This document shows positions 39,073-53,500 of a DNA stretch of 64,000 nt, piece after piece. The translations under genes were made by a program, and so were the position numbers. The notes below the pieces were generated by a model. That model saw only the letters and a list, made by a program, of their open reading frames with translations. It did not search any database and was not told where the DNA came from. The stretch comes from Trichinella spiralis (taxonomy: Eukaryota). The stretch covers positions 8,597,472 to 8,661,471 of the forward strand of contig NW_003526943.1 of NCBI RefSeq assembly GCF_000181795.1. Reading direction: 5' to 3'. The stretch's first letter is position 1. The number at the start of each line of letters is the position of its first letter.

Positions 39073-39562
39073 CTAGAAAAAAATCTGATGCGTTAAAAAA
39101 TAGTATTCTTTTAGATTAAAATGATAAATTTAAACACGGATAAATACATCACTTTAAAATTTCAGGTACTGGTTTGAAATACTATCAAAGTAATTATGAT
39201 CTTCAGGTAGAAATTTAGCTGTTTAAATTAAAATTCAGCTTTAGTTAGGAGAGTGAAAAAATAACAAAAATTAATTAAATTAATTAAAAATTACATTAAT
39301 ATTATTTAAATGAAAGCATTATTAAATGCTAATTTCTGACTGAAGTGTTCGTCTTAATAAATCCGTGTAAGGCCATTCGTACTTGCATATATCATAACAA
39401 TCTCTAATACAGTATTATATATAATTTGAGTGAGAAGTCGTGGATGAATTTTCATTGTTTAACGATTTTGTTCATTATATTAATTCTACTTAAGAATGTG
39501 AACTGAAACTGACATGTTAACGTTGATTGATGGGTGAAATGCTTTGAGAATTTTTGATTGGA

Positions 39563-40913
39563 ATGGCTTCCACAGGAGAATATGAAAAACAAGAAGTAAA
39601 CAGTTTGTGCAAGTGCTTTTGCAATCGAGCTGTGCAATGCGGTAGTTGATTTTAGGTAAAACAATCATTTTATCTTTATGAAGAAGCAATGTCAACACTT
39701 CGAAAAGTCGAAATATTGTTGCGGGTAAAAATGTTATAAATGTATCACGTTAATTGTTTAAATAATATGCTTTGTATTTCATTGCGTATGAAAATGAAGT
39801 TGAATATTTTTTAGTATTAAGTGCTCGAATGCATTTTTAGGAATGTTGCACTAAACTGCCTAACAGGAATCAGTTTAATGAAAATTGTTCTTTGTTTGCA
39901 CCGGAGAAATATGTGCTTGCAGACAGGTAAGCAGTTGTTGGTGTGTCCTTTTCAAATTTCAAAGCGTTCAAGTTCTGTTTCAGTGGTGAAAATTTGAAAT
40001 GTGTCGTGACAATCATTGGAGACAATGTAGCCAAAGCAGTAATTTATTATTTTTTTTCTTGAGTTTTTCATTCTTATTAAGCAAAATTTTGAATAATTTT
40101 TAGGAAGTTACAGTACGATATCCAAAAATGCCTTCGCATTTTTACCGAGCTGTTGTGCAACCGGATATTCAGTGGAAGATTCAACAGATTCAAGATTTTG
40201 GCAACTACGTTCTTGGTGCGTTTGAACAAATTCAAATAGGACTTGCAGCATCTGATGAAAATGCAGATGATATTGTAGAAAAGAAAATTTTAAATGTAAG
40301 AAAGTGTATTCAAGTATTATTGTTTGTTTTTTTGATATTTTTCTTTTCAGAATATAAATGATATTTTTCAAAATTTGCTTTCTGCTCGAAATTCGTTGAC
40401 TTGCATTCAAAAGAAATCGCAAACATGCAAAATGCGCGATAATCTTCTTCGGGTATTGTAATTTTTGTTATTTGTAATTAATTCTAGATTGAATGTGATT
40501 ATTGTTTGAGAAATGCTTTGTTCCACTACCTCCGGCTGATTTGTCGTTCGATTTGTACATTTCTTCGTCGAAGCTTGTCTTCAGTGTGATCACCACTCCG
40601 GTGCAAGCTTCTGAAAAGGATCCAATACAGATATATGAAGTGAATAAAGGAAGTAAGGAAATTTTGTGATGATGATGAATTTTATTTATAGTGTGAATGT
40701 TTCATACCTTGGTTGTACGATTTGACAATTCCAGTATCTCATGCTCTTCAAGTGATGCAAACGTTTCTCGAAAAGGTGATATTCATACTTTGATTATTCA
40801 CGTGTATTTTGTTTATTGATGTTGTTGTTTTGTTTGTAAAAATTTATGTAAAAGAACTGAAAATGCATTTTTTTGAATTTTGATGGATTCAGTTTCAGAT
40901 TGCCGCAAAGTAG
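39563..40913 (+). CDS. ROGDI: Rogdi (RAVE complex Rav2-like) protein
   Basis: Spliced product includes LKCVVTIIGDNVAKAEVTVRYPK, QWKIQQIQDFGNYV, F..LPPADLSFDLYISSSKLV and ECFIPWL..LEKI. Stop TAG at 40911-40913. Confidence 0.88.
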
Positions 40914-42140
40914 CAGTGTTGAATTGGTGTCCATGATGAGAAGATGTGTGCAAAATTCACTTCCAAGCTCAATTGAATAGTATTTGTTCATGTATAATGA
41001 TGTTGGTCAGTAGAATTATCAAATGATATTTGTGTGTTATCACATATACATATGTATTAAATAATGGATGAAGAGAATTTGTTCGTAGTAGAATATATGA
41101 TATGTATGCAGAGCGTTAGAAGTTTTGATTGTGTTGTTGAGGCTTAGCAGTAAGTAAGTATCACGAGATACAGAGAAGAGTACTGTAGTGGAGTAGAGAT
41201 TGAACAACTGGCCTTTCTGTAAAACTTGATGGTCAACTATTAGCTGAATGCCTCTGGAATGAATACATAAGCTGACCGTGGAAACGAAAGCGGTCAAAGT
41301 GGTGAAAGCGAAACGGTCGCTTCAAATATTCTTTTGTTGTTGATGTTGAAGTTTTGTTTACAAAATTTTCAAAAATAAACAAACAAATCGTGCGTCCATC
41401 GTCGTCAAGTGGTTGATTGGCTGGTTGGAGATGCTTTTCATTCGTTTGAATTGAAATGAAATGAAACGAATAAACAGCGCCGATGATGCTGTGTTTGATG
41501 ATGAATCAAAATTTAATTTTTTTCATCTTTTTCAAAAATATGCATGCATGAGTCATTGTCGTCGTCGTCCAATTGGTCAGTTCATGTTGATTATTGCATT
41601 GATCAACTTTTCACCGTTTACTTTTTGACTGTTCTCAAACGTGCACGAGTGTGATTCACATTCATTCATTCGTTTTACTGCTGTATATTTTTCAAAAAGA
41701 GCTTGGTGTTGTTGGATTTTTCTGATTTTTGAAATTTCAGTTCCAGCTAATAGCTAACAGCTAATAGTGTGAGAATTTTGACCAGTCTAACAACAGGTTG
41801 ACCTAGTTTTTGCCATTTTCCAAAGAGCATATTAGTAAGAGTAGTAGTAATGAGAGAATGGTGCGTTGAAAAGTCGACCGACCTCGAAAATTGAACGCCC
41901 ACTAGTAGTACTACGACGACGACGACGACATCGATGACTAACAACGTCGACGCCATTGACTTGGTCGCTCATTTGCTTTGCCATTCACGTTGCAGCGGCA
42001 GCAGCAGCACCATACTGGTCGACATTCGAAAAAAAATCTCTTTCGCATTCATTCTTATTATAAATAATTATAATTGTTGTTTACTTTTTAAATGTTTATT
42101 TATTAAAAATTGTTGTTTTTGCTTTTCTTTCGAACAGAAG

Positions 42141-44067
42141 ATGAACAGCAGCAAAGAATCACAGCCGAAAGTTACCCATGAAGAATTTCAAAATGAACTG
42201 CGCAATTTCGACTCAGATCAACTGCGTCACATTGAACCAACAGAGAAAGTTGTACTGCCGTCCAAGGAAGGTATTTTTTTAATACTGTTGTTTTGTTTTG
42301 TTTTCTCTTGTTGCATCTTCTACAAAAGAAAAGTAATAAAGTTTAAATTTGAAAGAAAAAGTAAAATTTAAATATTTTCTTCATTTATTATTTTTACAAC
42401 TTTTCCAAAATTGAAAATTTATTAATTGTATATTTTTGACTGAAAATTATTTATTCGAGCAATTTCAATTCAATTCATCGGGTGTGTTCGTTCATTTTCA
42501 ATTTATTCAACAATGGTGAATTGTACAATTGACAAAGAATGTTCTGCTTTTTTTTCTCAAAAATTTCCGCATCTATTTATTGATTTTAAATCGATTCTTT
42601 TCATTATTGAAATTAAAAGGCATTTTTATTTTTTCAGTTAAAAATTCAATAGAATTATTTTCAACAATTGAAATTTAAATATAAATGCCAACCAATAACA
42701 TGGAATAAAAATATGAATTTTCATGGCAGTTTGCAATTATGACTCAATCGTTCTGTTTTGTAATTGAAAAAAGGATTGTTAAATTAAAATTACACCATCT
42801 TATAAGCAGCAGCTTTTCTGTATTCAATACATGCCCAGTAAAGACAACGATCAATTGAATACTTTATTTTATTATTTACCATTTCCAGATTGAAATTATC
42901 GAATCAAATACTGAAAATAATAAGTAACATGTGGGATAATTGATTTCAGAATAAAAATGATACTTTTGATTTTTGTTGACATCATTCTATAATATCAATG
43001 AATGATTAATTTTATCATTTTATAAAATTTACAATTTCACATTTTGTAGTATTTTTCTTTTTCTCTCACTATGCAAATTGAGTGAATTTTGTGTCAATTG
43101 AATTTTGAAACTGTACTGCTGTGCTTGTTCGATCAAATTGCTGTTAATCATGATAGGCAAGGAATAATAGAGAGAGTTGGCCTTCAACACTGATAGCGAA
43201 CTGATTGTTCACATGCCGACCCTTCTTCTTCTTCTTCTTCTTGATGACCTGATCGTTATTTATTGGAATTTGCTTTTGCTTCAATTAAATCATACCACAT
43301 TATTTATTTTATTCTATTTTATCAGAAAATAATTTTCGACTGTTTTTTATTCTAATATGAAAATTTAGATGTAATTCAAGAGAAAGTTGAAATTGCTCAT
43401 CAGAATGTATTGGTCGACGTCAGCCAATTCCAACGTCACTCATTGCAACATGCGGATACAAATGAGCGAGTTTATTTGCCTACTAAAGATGGTAAAGAAG
43501 CAGAAAAAACATGAGCAAATTATTATAATTGATTAAAAAAAAATAATGAAATCTTTATGTATATATATATATGCGCAGAGGTTAAACAAGAACGAATGGA
43601 ACAAGCTTATACTGGAGTGTTGAAAGAAGTGTCCACATTTGAGCGAAATTCTCTCACTCACTCTGAACCAGTTGAAAAATATCACATGCCAACTAAAGAA
43701 GGTGATTTTTATTTTTTTATTTTATTCATATAATGAAAAAACAAAAAGAAATAGAAACATCCAATATTTAATTAATATGCTTTTGAGTATTTTTTTCCTT
43801 TAATAATTTCATTTATTCATACTCTCTCTCTCTTTAATTATCATTTTTACATGTGAATAGAACTGGCTCGTGAAAAAGTTATGCACCAAGTGCCTGGCTT
43901 TGATCAATCTAAGCTGAAACATGCCGAAACTGTAATAAAAACTACTGTTGATGGTAAATGCTTTATTATTTTTTCATTTGAATATTATTATTAAAAATAT
44001 TCAAACGATTCCAGTAATATACAATTCACTAGCAATAGTCTTATTTTTAGTGATTGATGACAAATGA
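42141..44067 (+). CDS. tth-1: Multi-repeat (tetra) beta-thymosin, WH2-type actin-monomer-binding protein
   Basis: Exons begin at 42141, 43369, 43579, 43861 and 44051. Repeats FDSDQLRHIEPTEKVVLPSKE, FQRHSLQHADTNERVYLPTKD, FERNSLTHSEPVEKYHMPTKE and FDQSKLKHAET. Confidence 0.9.
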
Positions 44068-44569
44068 AATTTGCTTAATTCCAATTGCTTCAAATTTATC
44101 ATACAATTTGAATCATCATCATTTATCTCAATGAATCAAAAATCATCGATTTTTATTTCCTATCTGAAGTATTGAAATATTCTTACAATTTTATATCAAC
44201 CCATTTCTTATTCCAATATTTATTTATTTATTTAAATATGATTTTGTCATTTAAATTTGAAAAAGTTTATGAATCTTAATTTGAAATAAAATTCTGCGTT
44301 TGAAACAGTTGTTATTTTTTTACAAACAACTTAATAATAATTATGAATATTTGTTGATATTAATATAAAAACATTTTTCCCTAAATTTCATTTCTATCTA
44401 CTATTGTCTTTGATATACTACCGTTTGAATTTGCATAAACGTAAAGCAATAGTTTTATGAAAAGTAATAAAAATTTACTGACATCATGCTTTTTTGAAGT
44501 TAATATATATATATTAAAAAACAATTTCTCAACAAAAAAACAAATTATTTTCATCACTGATTAGAATTT

Positions 44570-47500
44570 TCAACGGGGAAAGTATTCACAGGATTTTTTC
44601 AACAAAACCTTCTTATCGTATGTATCCTGAAAAAAAAATTCATTTTACAAAAGAAAAACAACAGCAAAAAGTACAAATTCAACGGCATACTTGTACGCTT
44701 TCTGTAATTGTAGAATTTGAATTTGAATTTGAAATTGTCGTTTCCACCGATATACAGTCAACGTCACGATCTTCTTGATCCTGATCCGCTTTTACAGTGC
44801 TTGTTGTTGTTGTTGTTGCAGCTGAGCATTTCACCTTCGACTGATTCTTCTTGCTCACGCTGAAGTCGTTCACTTCAATCACACTACGACCACAGTCCAC
44901 TTCCTGGACCTTAAAAATAAATTTAGAAATTCTATTTAGAAAAAAATTCATTAATTCACTAAAATGCAAATTAGAATCATCAATTTGTGTTTTATAAAAA
45001 AAATTCATTAAGAAAAGTTATTTGACGCTATTTGGCTAAATTCTAAAATAATTTCTATAAAACAAAGGTACATAACGTAATCGTTCTGCAATGGCATTTA
45101 ATAATGAAATAAATGTTCATTTTTTTATTCTAATTTTTATCAAAAAATACAATTAATTGATTTGTAAAATTATCAATTCATTCGTTAATCTTAATGCTAA
45201 AAAAATTAAATTTCACCGTACTGAACGATAAGTTCCTCCGAAAGATGATGTCGATTTTAGCGTTCTGTTATCGTAATCCTACAAATAAAATGGATAAACA
45301 ATGGTGACAGTAATGCTTAAATGCAAATATGATGATACCTTTGCCGTCGATTCGGTAATTTCATCATCAGCGCTTTCACTAGCATCGGTGACAGCTTCAT
45401 GTACATCGGCCTTGACTATTTTTCTAATTTCCGTACGTTTTACATTTTTAACCCGTCTAACGATCTCTTCTTCAAAAGTCGATTCACTGAAATCAGATGA
45501 ACCACTAACTGATCCTCCGGAATACAGATATCCATTTGTCCGGCCTTGTCTGGCGTACAGTCCGCCGTGAACGTCCGAATACACAATACTACCACTGCCT
45601 TCCCTTTCTACCCCGGACAAATGAGCCCTGGGTATTTTTTCCATCCTCATCTGGTCTGCGTCCAAGTATGCATGCAAATGACTGGTGTCGATCGGCTCGA
45701 ACGAATCGAGCGAGCTTTTCGGTTTCAGTTTTGCACGTGGAATTGTCACATCTGCATACGGATCCGCTGCCTTGCCGACAACAAACGGTGATGCAGAAAC
45801 TGCGCTGAAAGCGGCATTGCTCTCACTGCTCGTTGATGCATCCATTGTGGACCACGGCCACACTGCGCGACGGTACGCAAGCAGTGGTTCCCTGTACCAC
45901 AGACTTCTCTTTCTCACACAGTGGCTGCAAGCAGATGTTTAAATTAATTGCACCACTTATTCTATCCAATCAAATTTTCACATTACCATTTAAGACAGAA
46001 ATACAGTAGACAGCAAAGTGTGATCAAAAAGAAAATCACCGCAAACACAATCAGCAGTACTACTCTCATATCAGTATCACATCTTTCACCAGTGAACCAT
46101 GGATGACATCTTTGAAATTGAGATAGATAAATTTTGTGACACATACGCACACGCACATATGCATGGAAAAAATTTAATCAAATAAAAAATCTTACTTGCA
46201 AATTGGTTCAGGTCGACCTGGTTCATGGATACAATCACCGTGATCATTGCAAGTGGAGCAACTGGCTGCTGCGCAGATACGACCAGGTAAAGACGGATTT
46301 CCATCTGCATATCCCGCAGGACATTTACAAGTATATCCTACATCTAGATTCACACATTCCGCAACTGAAGAACAGTTTGTCAGGCCTAACACACATTCAT
46401 CTACATCTCGTTCAGCTAGAAATGCATTGTTATGTCGAAAGATTGAAATTCGATTATGAGTAAAAGTAATGCACACATACCAATACAGTAAGTATTTGGA
46501 CCGAAGTTTTTGATAAATGGACTATTACGGATGTCCACAAATCCTTGTTGACATTCACAACGAGCACCTTGTAATTCAGGCAAATTCACACATGTGGTAT
46601 TAATTGGACAGAACGGAACGTCAGCACAGTAATCTACTATGCACACTGTACCCGGCTTACTACCAGGCGGTGAAATGTCAATGAATCCAGGTTTGCATTC
46701 ACATTTGTATAATTTCGGTAGATCAATACAAATGGCATTCGGTGAACAGTTGTTAGTAGATGGATCGAGGCATTCGTCAAATTCTTAAATTTAATAAATA
46801 ACAGAATGAACTACAAAAAATTACAAATGAGAATCCAGTACCTTCTAGTCGCTGACATTTTCTTCCTGGCAAACTAGGATCAACATCTTTATATCCTGCT
46901 GGACATTGGCAGGTGTATTCGTGTATTCCGACAGCAATGCATGTAGCCACAGGATGGCACTGATTCCACTGACATGGATCGAAAGGATCTGGCTGTAATT
47001 GATTAAGATAGAGTTCTGTACCTCCAAGACTGTAATTTGTTGAAACAGCGGAGTGGTAGAGTTTATTCCAAGCTGTCTGTGCACTGCTGACAGTTCCCTT
47101 TTCAAAATGGACAGTAAAATTAAATACAGATCCAGATTTATTAGTAAATTTGAATTTCATTGGATCTTCGATTTGAATAACTTCAGAGCTGATGTAATAC
47201 GGCCAAATGTCTGTGATGCGATAAGCTTGATCAACCTTGAATAAAATTAAAAATTGCATTGCAAATTAGTCGTTATAAATGAAGTTCAATTGCAACATTT
47301 TTAAAACTACATGTAAATTGTGAACATGAATTGCAGAAATAAATCAGTTGTAGCAAAAATTATATGCTTACTCCTTTGATGAAGAGATTGACCAAATCTA
47401 TATGCTCAGGAGCTGAAGGATCATTGAACAATTTACTGAACTGCAATGGAGTATCACCTCGTCTAGCAACAAGCAAAGGTAGTATAAACGACTCCAATGC

Positions 47501-50500
47501 TAGAAATTATTGATGATTAAAAATTGAAAAGTTATTCAAACCACTGCAACTTTACCTTTGCATGGATGACTAGATTCCTTTCTGCCTTCACCAATCGGAC
47601 ATGAACAAATTTTGTCACCAAAGCAAATTTCACCTAGCTTTTCATTGCATTTTTTATCACCACATAAAATTTCAGTAGGTTGGACTAGAATTTCTAAGAA
47701 AAAAATGGTTAATCTCAATGTCCAACAACAAATACAAAAACTACTTACCAAATGGATTAATTTGAATAGGATCAATGTAAAGCTCAGTTCCACCAATTGA
47801 ATAATCTGTTTCCTTGATTGAGGACATGATGTAATCCCACACAATTTCAGGCGACAGGTTTGAACCCTGTCTAAGGTAAACTGTGTAATTAAAGACAAGC
47901 CCGCTTGACCAACTTGCGTTGTATAGCAAAGGAGGCGTTATTGCTTTTACATCAGTCGTGACAAACAGTGGCGCTAACTCAGTTGTTCGAACAGCATTTG
48001 ATATCTGAAATGGAGAATGATAAATGATGAATAGCATTTTAAATATTTTTATTACACGTACCCCTTGTATAAATATTTTTTTAATTTCTATATAATGTGG
48101 ATCTTCTGGATTTCCATACACATTAGACCAATATAAAGGTGTTTCCTCTCGACGGATCACCCTCAGTGGGAAATCAATTGCCAGTACACTTTCACAAAGT
48201 GAATGAATATTTTCACGCATAAAACCTGGTTGACAGTCACAATGTGTACCACCTACGCAGTATTCTTCTAAAGTAATGTTGCAGTAGTGTGAACCACATG
48301 GGATGAGATCCGGAGGTAAAGTAATTGGTCTAGATGTAATTATTTCAGGTATGGTTTCTAAAACGAAATGATAACATTTGAAAGTTTATTATATTCAGTA
48401 TTAAAAATTTATAGTTAAATAGATAAATAAATGTATTAAGAAGAAGGTCAGTATAATTACAAAATGCTAAAAATTACCAGGCACTAAAAATATCTAATGC
48501 ATTTTCACTTTCTTATTCAAGTTTGTTAAACTGAACAATAATAAATCATATTCACAATATTATTTTATGTAAAAACACTGAATGTTAAAAAAGAAGAAAA
48601 TTTTAATTTTAGCACTCACGTTTGACGCACTTTCTTCCAGGCTTCAAAGGATTGTCAGATTCATCAACAAAACCTTCTTTACAGTAACACATGTATGAAT
48701 CATCTGTATTTTGGCAAATCGCATTTTGATCGCAGTCATTCAAAGTCGGATGCTCACATTCATTTACTAAATGATTGATCATTTTGTATAATTCAAGAAT
48801 TATAATTTTGAAATTATAATTTACCTCTGCACACCCGTCCCGGCTTATCCGGATCAGGAGAATGATCTTCATAAGGAGGTATGCATGTGCATTTGTAACC
48901 ATCTGCAATGTCTTCACAGATGGCGTGACGGTCGCAGTCGTTTAGGTTGACACTATCACACTCATTTAAAACTACAATAAAATTATTTAAAATGAAATAG
49001 TTTTTAATTAATTTACTAATCAAAGTCATTAGCTATCCCTGTTGTCAGGGATTGGGTGACACGGATATAAATTTAAAAAAGTATATTAGTATGTAATAAA
49101 TAAGTGGTGTGCACATGCATTGTGACCTGCATATGCTCATCACACAGTAATGATGAAAATCATATACAGTTATATATACAATATCACAATGACGATTACT
49201 TAAAATATGAGCATTTGTGCAAGGCAAATTTACAGTGGTTTTGGAGTAAACATGGATTTAATTCAAATGCCACATTTAAATAATTGTTGCACAGCAAAAA
49301 TACGCATTTAGCAAAGCAATCACTGCGATTTTTGATAAATAATAAAATAACTTCACAATCTGTATCCAGTTTTAGAAACAAAACCAACTTACTCAAGGTG
49401 CATACTCTTCCAGGGTGCAGTGGGTCGCTGTCATAATATCCATCTTTACACTGACATTCAAATCCAATTGCTTTATCAATACAAATCGCAAAGCGACTGC
49501 AATTATTCATCAACGGTGATTCACATTCATTGATCACTAAAACATTTTTTAATTAGAAAGCACTATATAACTATTAAAGTACAACTTGCATTTTGTGCAC
49601 ACTCGACCAGGTTGGTTTGGATCAGGTGACTGATCCAAGTATCCAGCAGGACAACGACAATTATATCCAATATCAGCATCTTCACAAATTGCTGTTGAAG
49701 CACAGTTATTCAGGTTAGCGTCCAAGCACTCATTTACTTCTTAAATGTATAAAATATGATGCTTCTGCAATTTAGCTACAAGTTCATTCATTTACTTTCT
49801 TGGCACATTCGGCCAAGCCGTGTCATATCAGGTGAAGTGTCTACGTATCCGTCTCTACACCGGCAGGAATAGCCCTCATCATTTGAGGTTTCTTGACAAA
49901 TTGCAAAATTATGGCAGTCATTTTTTGTGGGATCCAAACATGCTGGAATTTCTGAAAAAGATGGGATAAAATGATGCCTGCTTTTTTAAAAAATACAGTA
50001 AAATATCTCACTTCTGACACATATTCGACCTGGTTTTTTTACAGGATCAGGAGACCAATCTGCATAATTAGTCGGACACTCACATGTATAACCTTCTGGA
50101 TGAGTACTGCTACCTCGACAAGATCCCAACAGTGAGCAGTCGTTCAAATTTGGGTCTTGGCATGGGTGCTCTGAACAATCATGCATGCATTTAAAACATA
50201 ACATATTATGGCAAATTAAATGTCAAAATACTGGTTTGTGGGAAGAAAGAAGGTTTTACAGCATTGCAGATTCTTCCTGGATATCTTTTTGCATCCGGCG
50301 AATGATCTTTAAATCCAGGCATACATTCGCAGCTGTAGCCCTGAGTTAATTTTATACAAAGAGCATTCTCTGAGCAGTCGTTTAGTCGTCTATCTCTGCA
50401 TTCGTTAGCTTAAGTAAAATAAGTTAATAATTGAAATAAAATTAATGAAGAAGCACAGTTATTTCCTTTTTAAACAATACCTCTGACACAGTGCCTGCCT

Positions 50501-53500
50501 TGTTTGCCATTTAATGATTGATCAACATAGCCTGGAATACATTGGCATGTATAAGAGCCGTCAGGTAGTGGTTCACAGATAGCATCTGGACTGCAGTCAT
50601 GATTTGGGGGGCAGACATCTAAAAGTATTTTACTTAAAGCAACAATAATAAATAAAAGAAATAAACCTAATATGAACAGTATTGTTATGATAAAGCAGAA
50701 AAATTTGAAGCATAAAAATTGAATAAAAATTCATAAAAAATGAAGTTTCATTTTGAAAAAAATTTTAAAATTACCTGGACGCGTGCAAATTCTTCCTGGT
50801 TGGAATGACACAGGCGATCTGTCGACAAAACCATCTTTGCATTCACACGTATATCCATCTTGAAGATCACGGCAGTGAGCATTTGGGCTACATAGATCAA
50901 TACCTTCGGCACATTCATCAACCACTAAATTTATAAGAATCAGAAAAAGCATGAATTGTCAATAAAATAAACATTCCATTCACATACGTTTCACACAGAA
51001 TCGACCTGGACGATTAGAATTTGGTGAGCGATCCAAAAATCCTTCACGACATTTGCAAGAAAATGATGCATCAGTGTTTATGCAATCTGCATTTTTGTCA
51101 CAGTCATGAAGTCCGCTTTGGCATTCATCAACAGCTAAACATTGATAAACTTTTTTATTTGCCCAATGAAATCATTGATGAAATAATTTAACAAATTCAC
51201 TTTAATCTGTTAAAATTAACTACTGCTCTTTGTGAATGAACTATAATTATAAACTATAAATGCTAAAATTTTAAGACTTACTGTTATAATGTTTTAATTT
51301 CTTGGATTCAATGAAAAATAATTTAGTTTGATATCAAAATTCATTAAATGAACCAAATTATGAGAAACTACTCACTGCTGATTTTGTTGAAATGTAATAA
51401 CTATAGCTTCTGTTATCGTAATAACTTAAATTCTTTCAAAAATAAATAACTGAATAAAGTAAATGACAATAGGATTAAAATTTTCAATCAGATAATTAAT
51501 TAAATGTGAATAATGTTTATGACGTTCGACTTTATTTTTCAAACACTTACCCCTTCGGCATACTCTTCCTGGAAATGCCGGATTTGGAGAAACGTCTTCA
51601 GAATCAGCAGGGCATAAACATTTGTAGAAGTCAAGGGTATCTATGCAAGCGGCACTAGGATCGCAGTCATGTTCTCCAGTTTCACATTCGTTGACGACTG
51701 AAAAAACAGTCATAAGATATTATTTAAACACGTCTTATAGTTAATGTACTCTTTTTGCACGCTCTTCCTGGGTTTGTTGGAACAGGACTAATGTCTAAAT
51801 AACCTTCTAGGCACTGACATCGGTAACCAAAGAGATCATCAAAGCAAGCAGCATTTCTGTCACAGGTGTTTAAATTTGGATCAGCGCATTCGTCCACAGC
51901 CTTGTGACACACACGACCAGGCAAAAGGCCAGAGTTAGCACTAACGTCAACGTAACCAGATTTACAACGGCATTCATAACCGTCTACCAAATCACTGCAA
52001 ATTGCATGCGGATGACAATCGTGGAGATTCTTTTGAGCACATTCATCAATTACTGAAATTTAACATCTCTTACAATCATACAGAAATATAGATATCATTC
52101 AATGAAATTCATAAACAAGATTTTATTTTTTTACATGGCTTGCAGACTCTTCCTGGACGAGTCGATCGATTTGGAGATACATCTACAAACGACTCTTTGC
52201 ACAAACAAGTATAACCATCAATCTTATCACTGCAGTATGCATTTGATGAACAGTCATTTAGTTCAGGATAGTGACATTCATCAATGACTAAAAATTTTGA
52301 CATTTAATTGCAATATAAAACAACACAGACCAATGTAGCTCATACCAGTGCATCGGTCATTGTCAGGATTTCTTTGATACGGTTCTGGACAGACACAGAT
52401 TGGTTGACCATTTACCATTCGACAAATTTCATTCTTCTTTTTATCACAAGAATTGATATCACTAATGCTGCAGCTTGAATCCATCAAAACTGAAGGCTCT
52501 ATAAAAAACTCTGCTAGAAGATTTATGATGATCAGCTGCTATTATAAATAGCGTCCACTTAATTACATTTTTACGGAAAACATTCATGATTTTGCTATCA
52601 TTTTCGTAAATGCTTATAATTAGTATAAGAAATGATTCAGTTAAAATTTGGAATTCAAATGTCAAAATTAATTATCTTAGAAATATTTCTCACCTTTTAA
52701 ACATACTCGACCAGGTAAATTCAGGGGACTGTCAGAGCGATCAACAAATCCTGGCAAGCAATGACATGTGTATCCTTCATCCTCATCAATGCAACGCGCG
52801 TTTGGACTGCAATCATGCTGATCCTGTTCACATTCATTGATTTCTAAATGCAACAAATAACAAAAATATAATTCTAATTCACTATACATTTAAAATTGTA
52901 AAACATCACTAACTTTTTGGCAAACAAATACGTCCTGAACGGTAGAGAGGATCGGCAGAATGGTCCACAAAATCTTCTTTGCAGTGGCAGCGGTATGATC
53001 TTGCGGTATCAATACAAACGGCGTTAGGCGAGCAGTCGTTTAAATCACTGCTTTCACATTCGTTTACAACTAAATAAAATTTAAGATAAGGAACTATTTG
53101 ATAACAACGTCTTTTTATTGCGTCTCCAAAATTACGTTTAAGACAACTTCGCCCTGGAAGCAACATTGCATTTGGAGAAACATCTTCAAAACCAGGAAGA
53201 CATACACATGTAAAGGAATCTGGTGTATCAATGCATTTTGCGTCTGATGAGCAATCATGCGCTCCAGTAGAGCATTCATCCTTTACTTAAATTGAAATGC
53301 AGCAGTGTAAAAATTATGAAGTAATTTGAAACATAAAAGACATACGCTGGCGACAAAGTCGGCCTGGTTTGCGATTAGCATCAGGAGAAATATCAATAAA
53401 TCCTGGTGCACATCTACATTGATAACTGTCCATTGTGTCTTCACAAATACCCCCAACCTGAGCGCAATCATGAATGCCATTAAGACATTCATTTACGACT

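Noticed and set aside
49035..49052. Hairpin ATCCCTG-TTGT-CAGGGAT in a mua-3 intron (possible Helitron end or ncRNA)
   Set aside because: Only a 7-bp stem, with no convincing element boundaries or RNA motifs.
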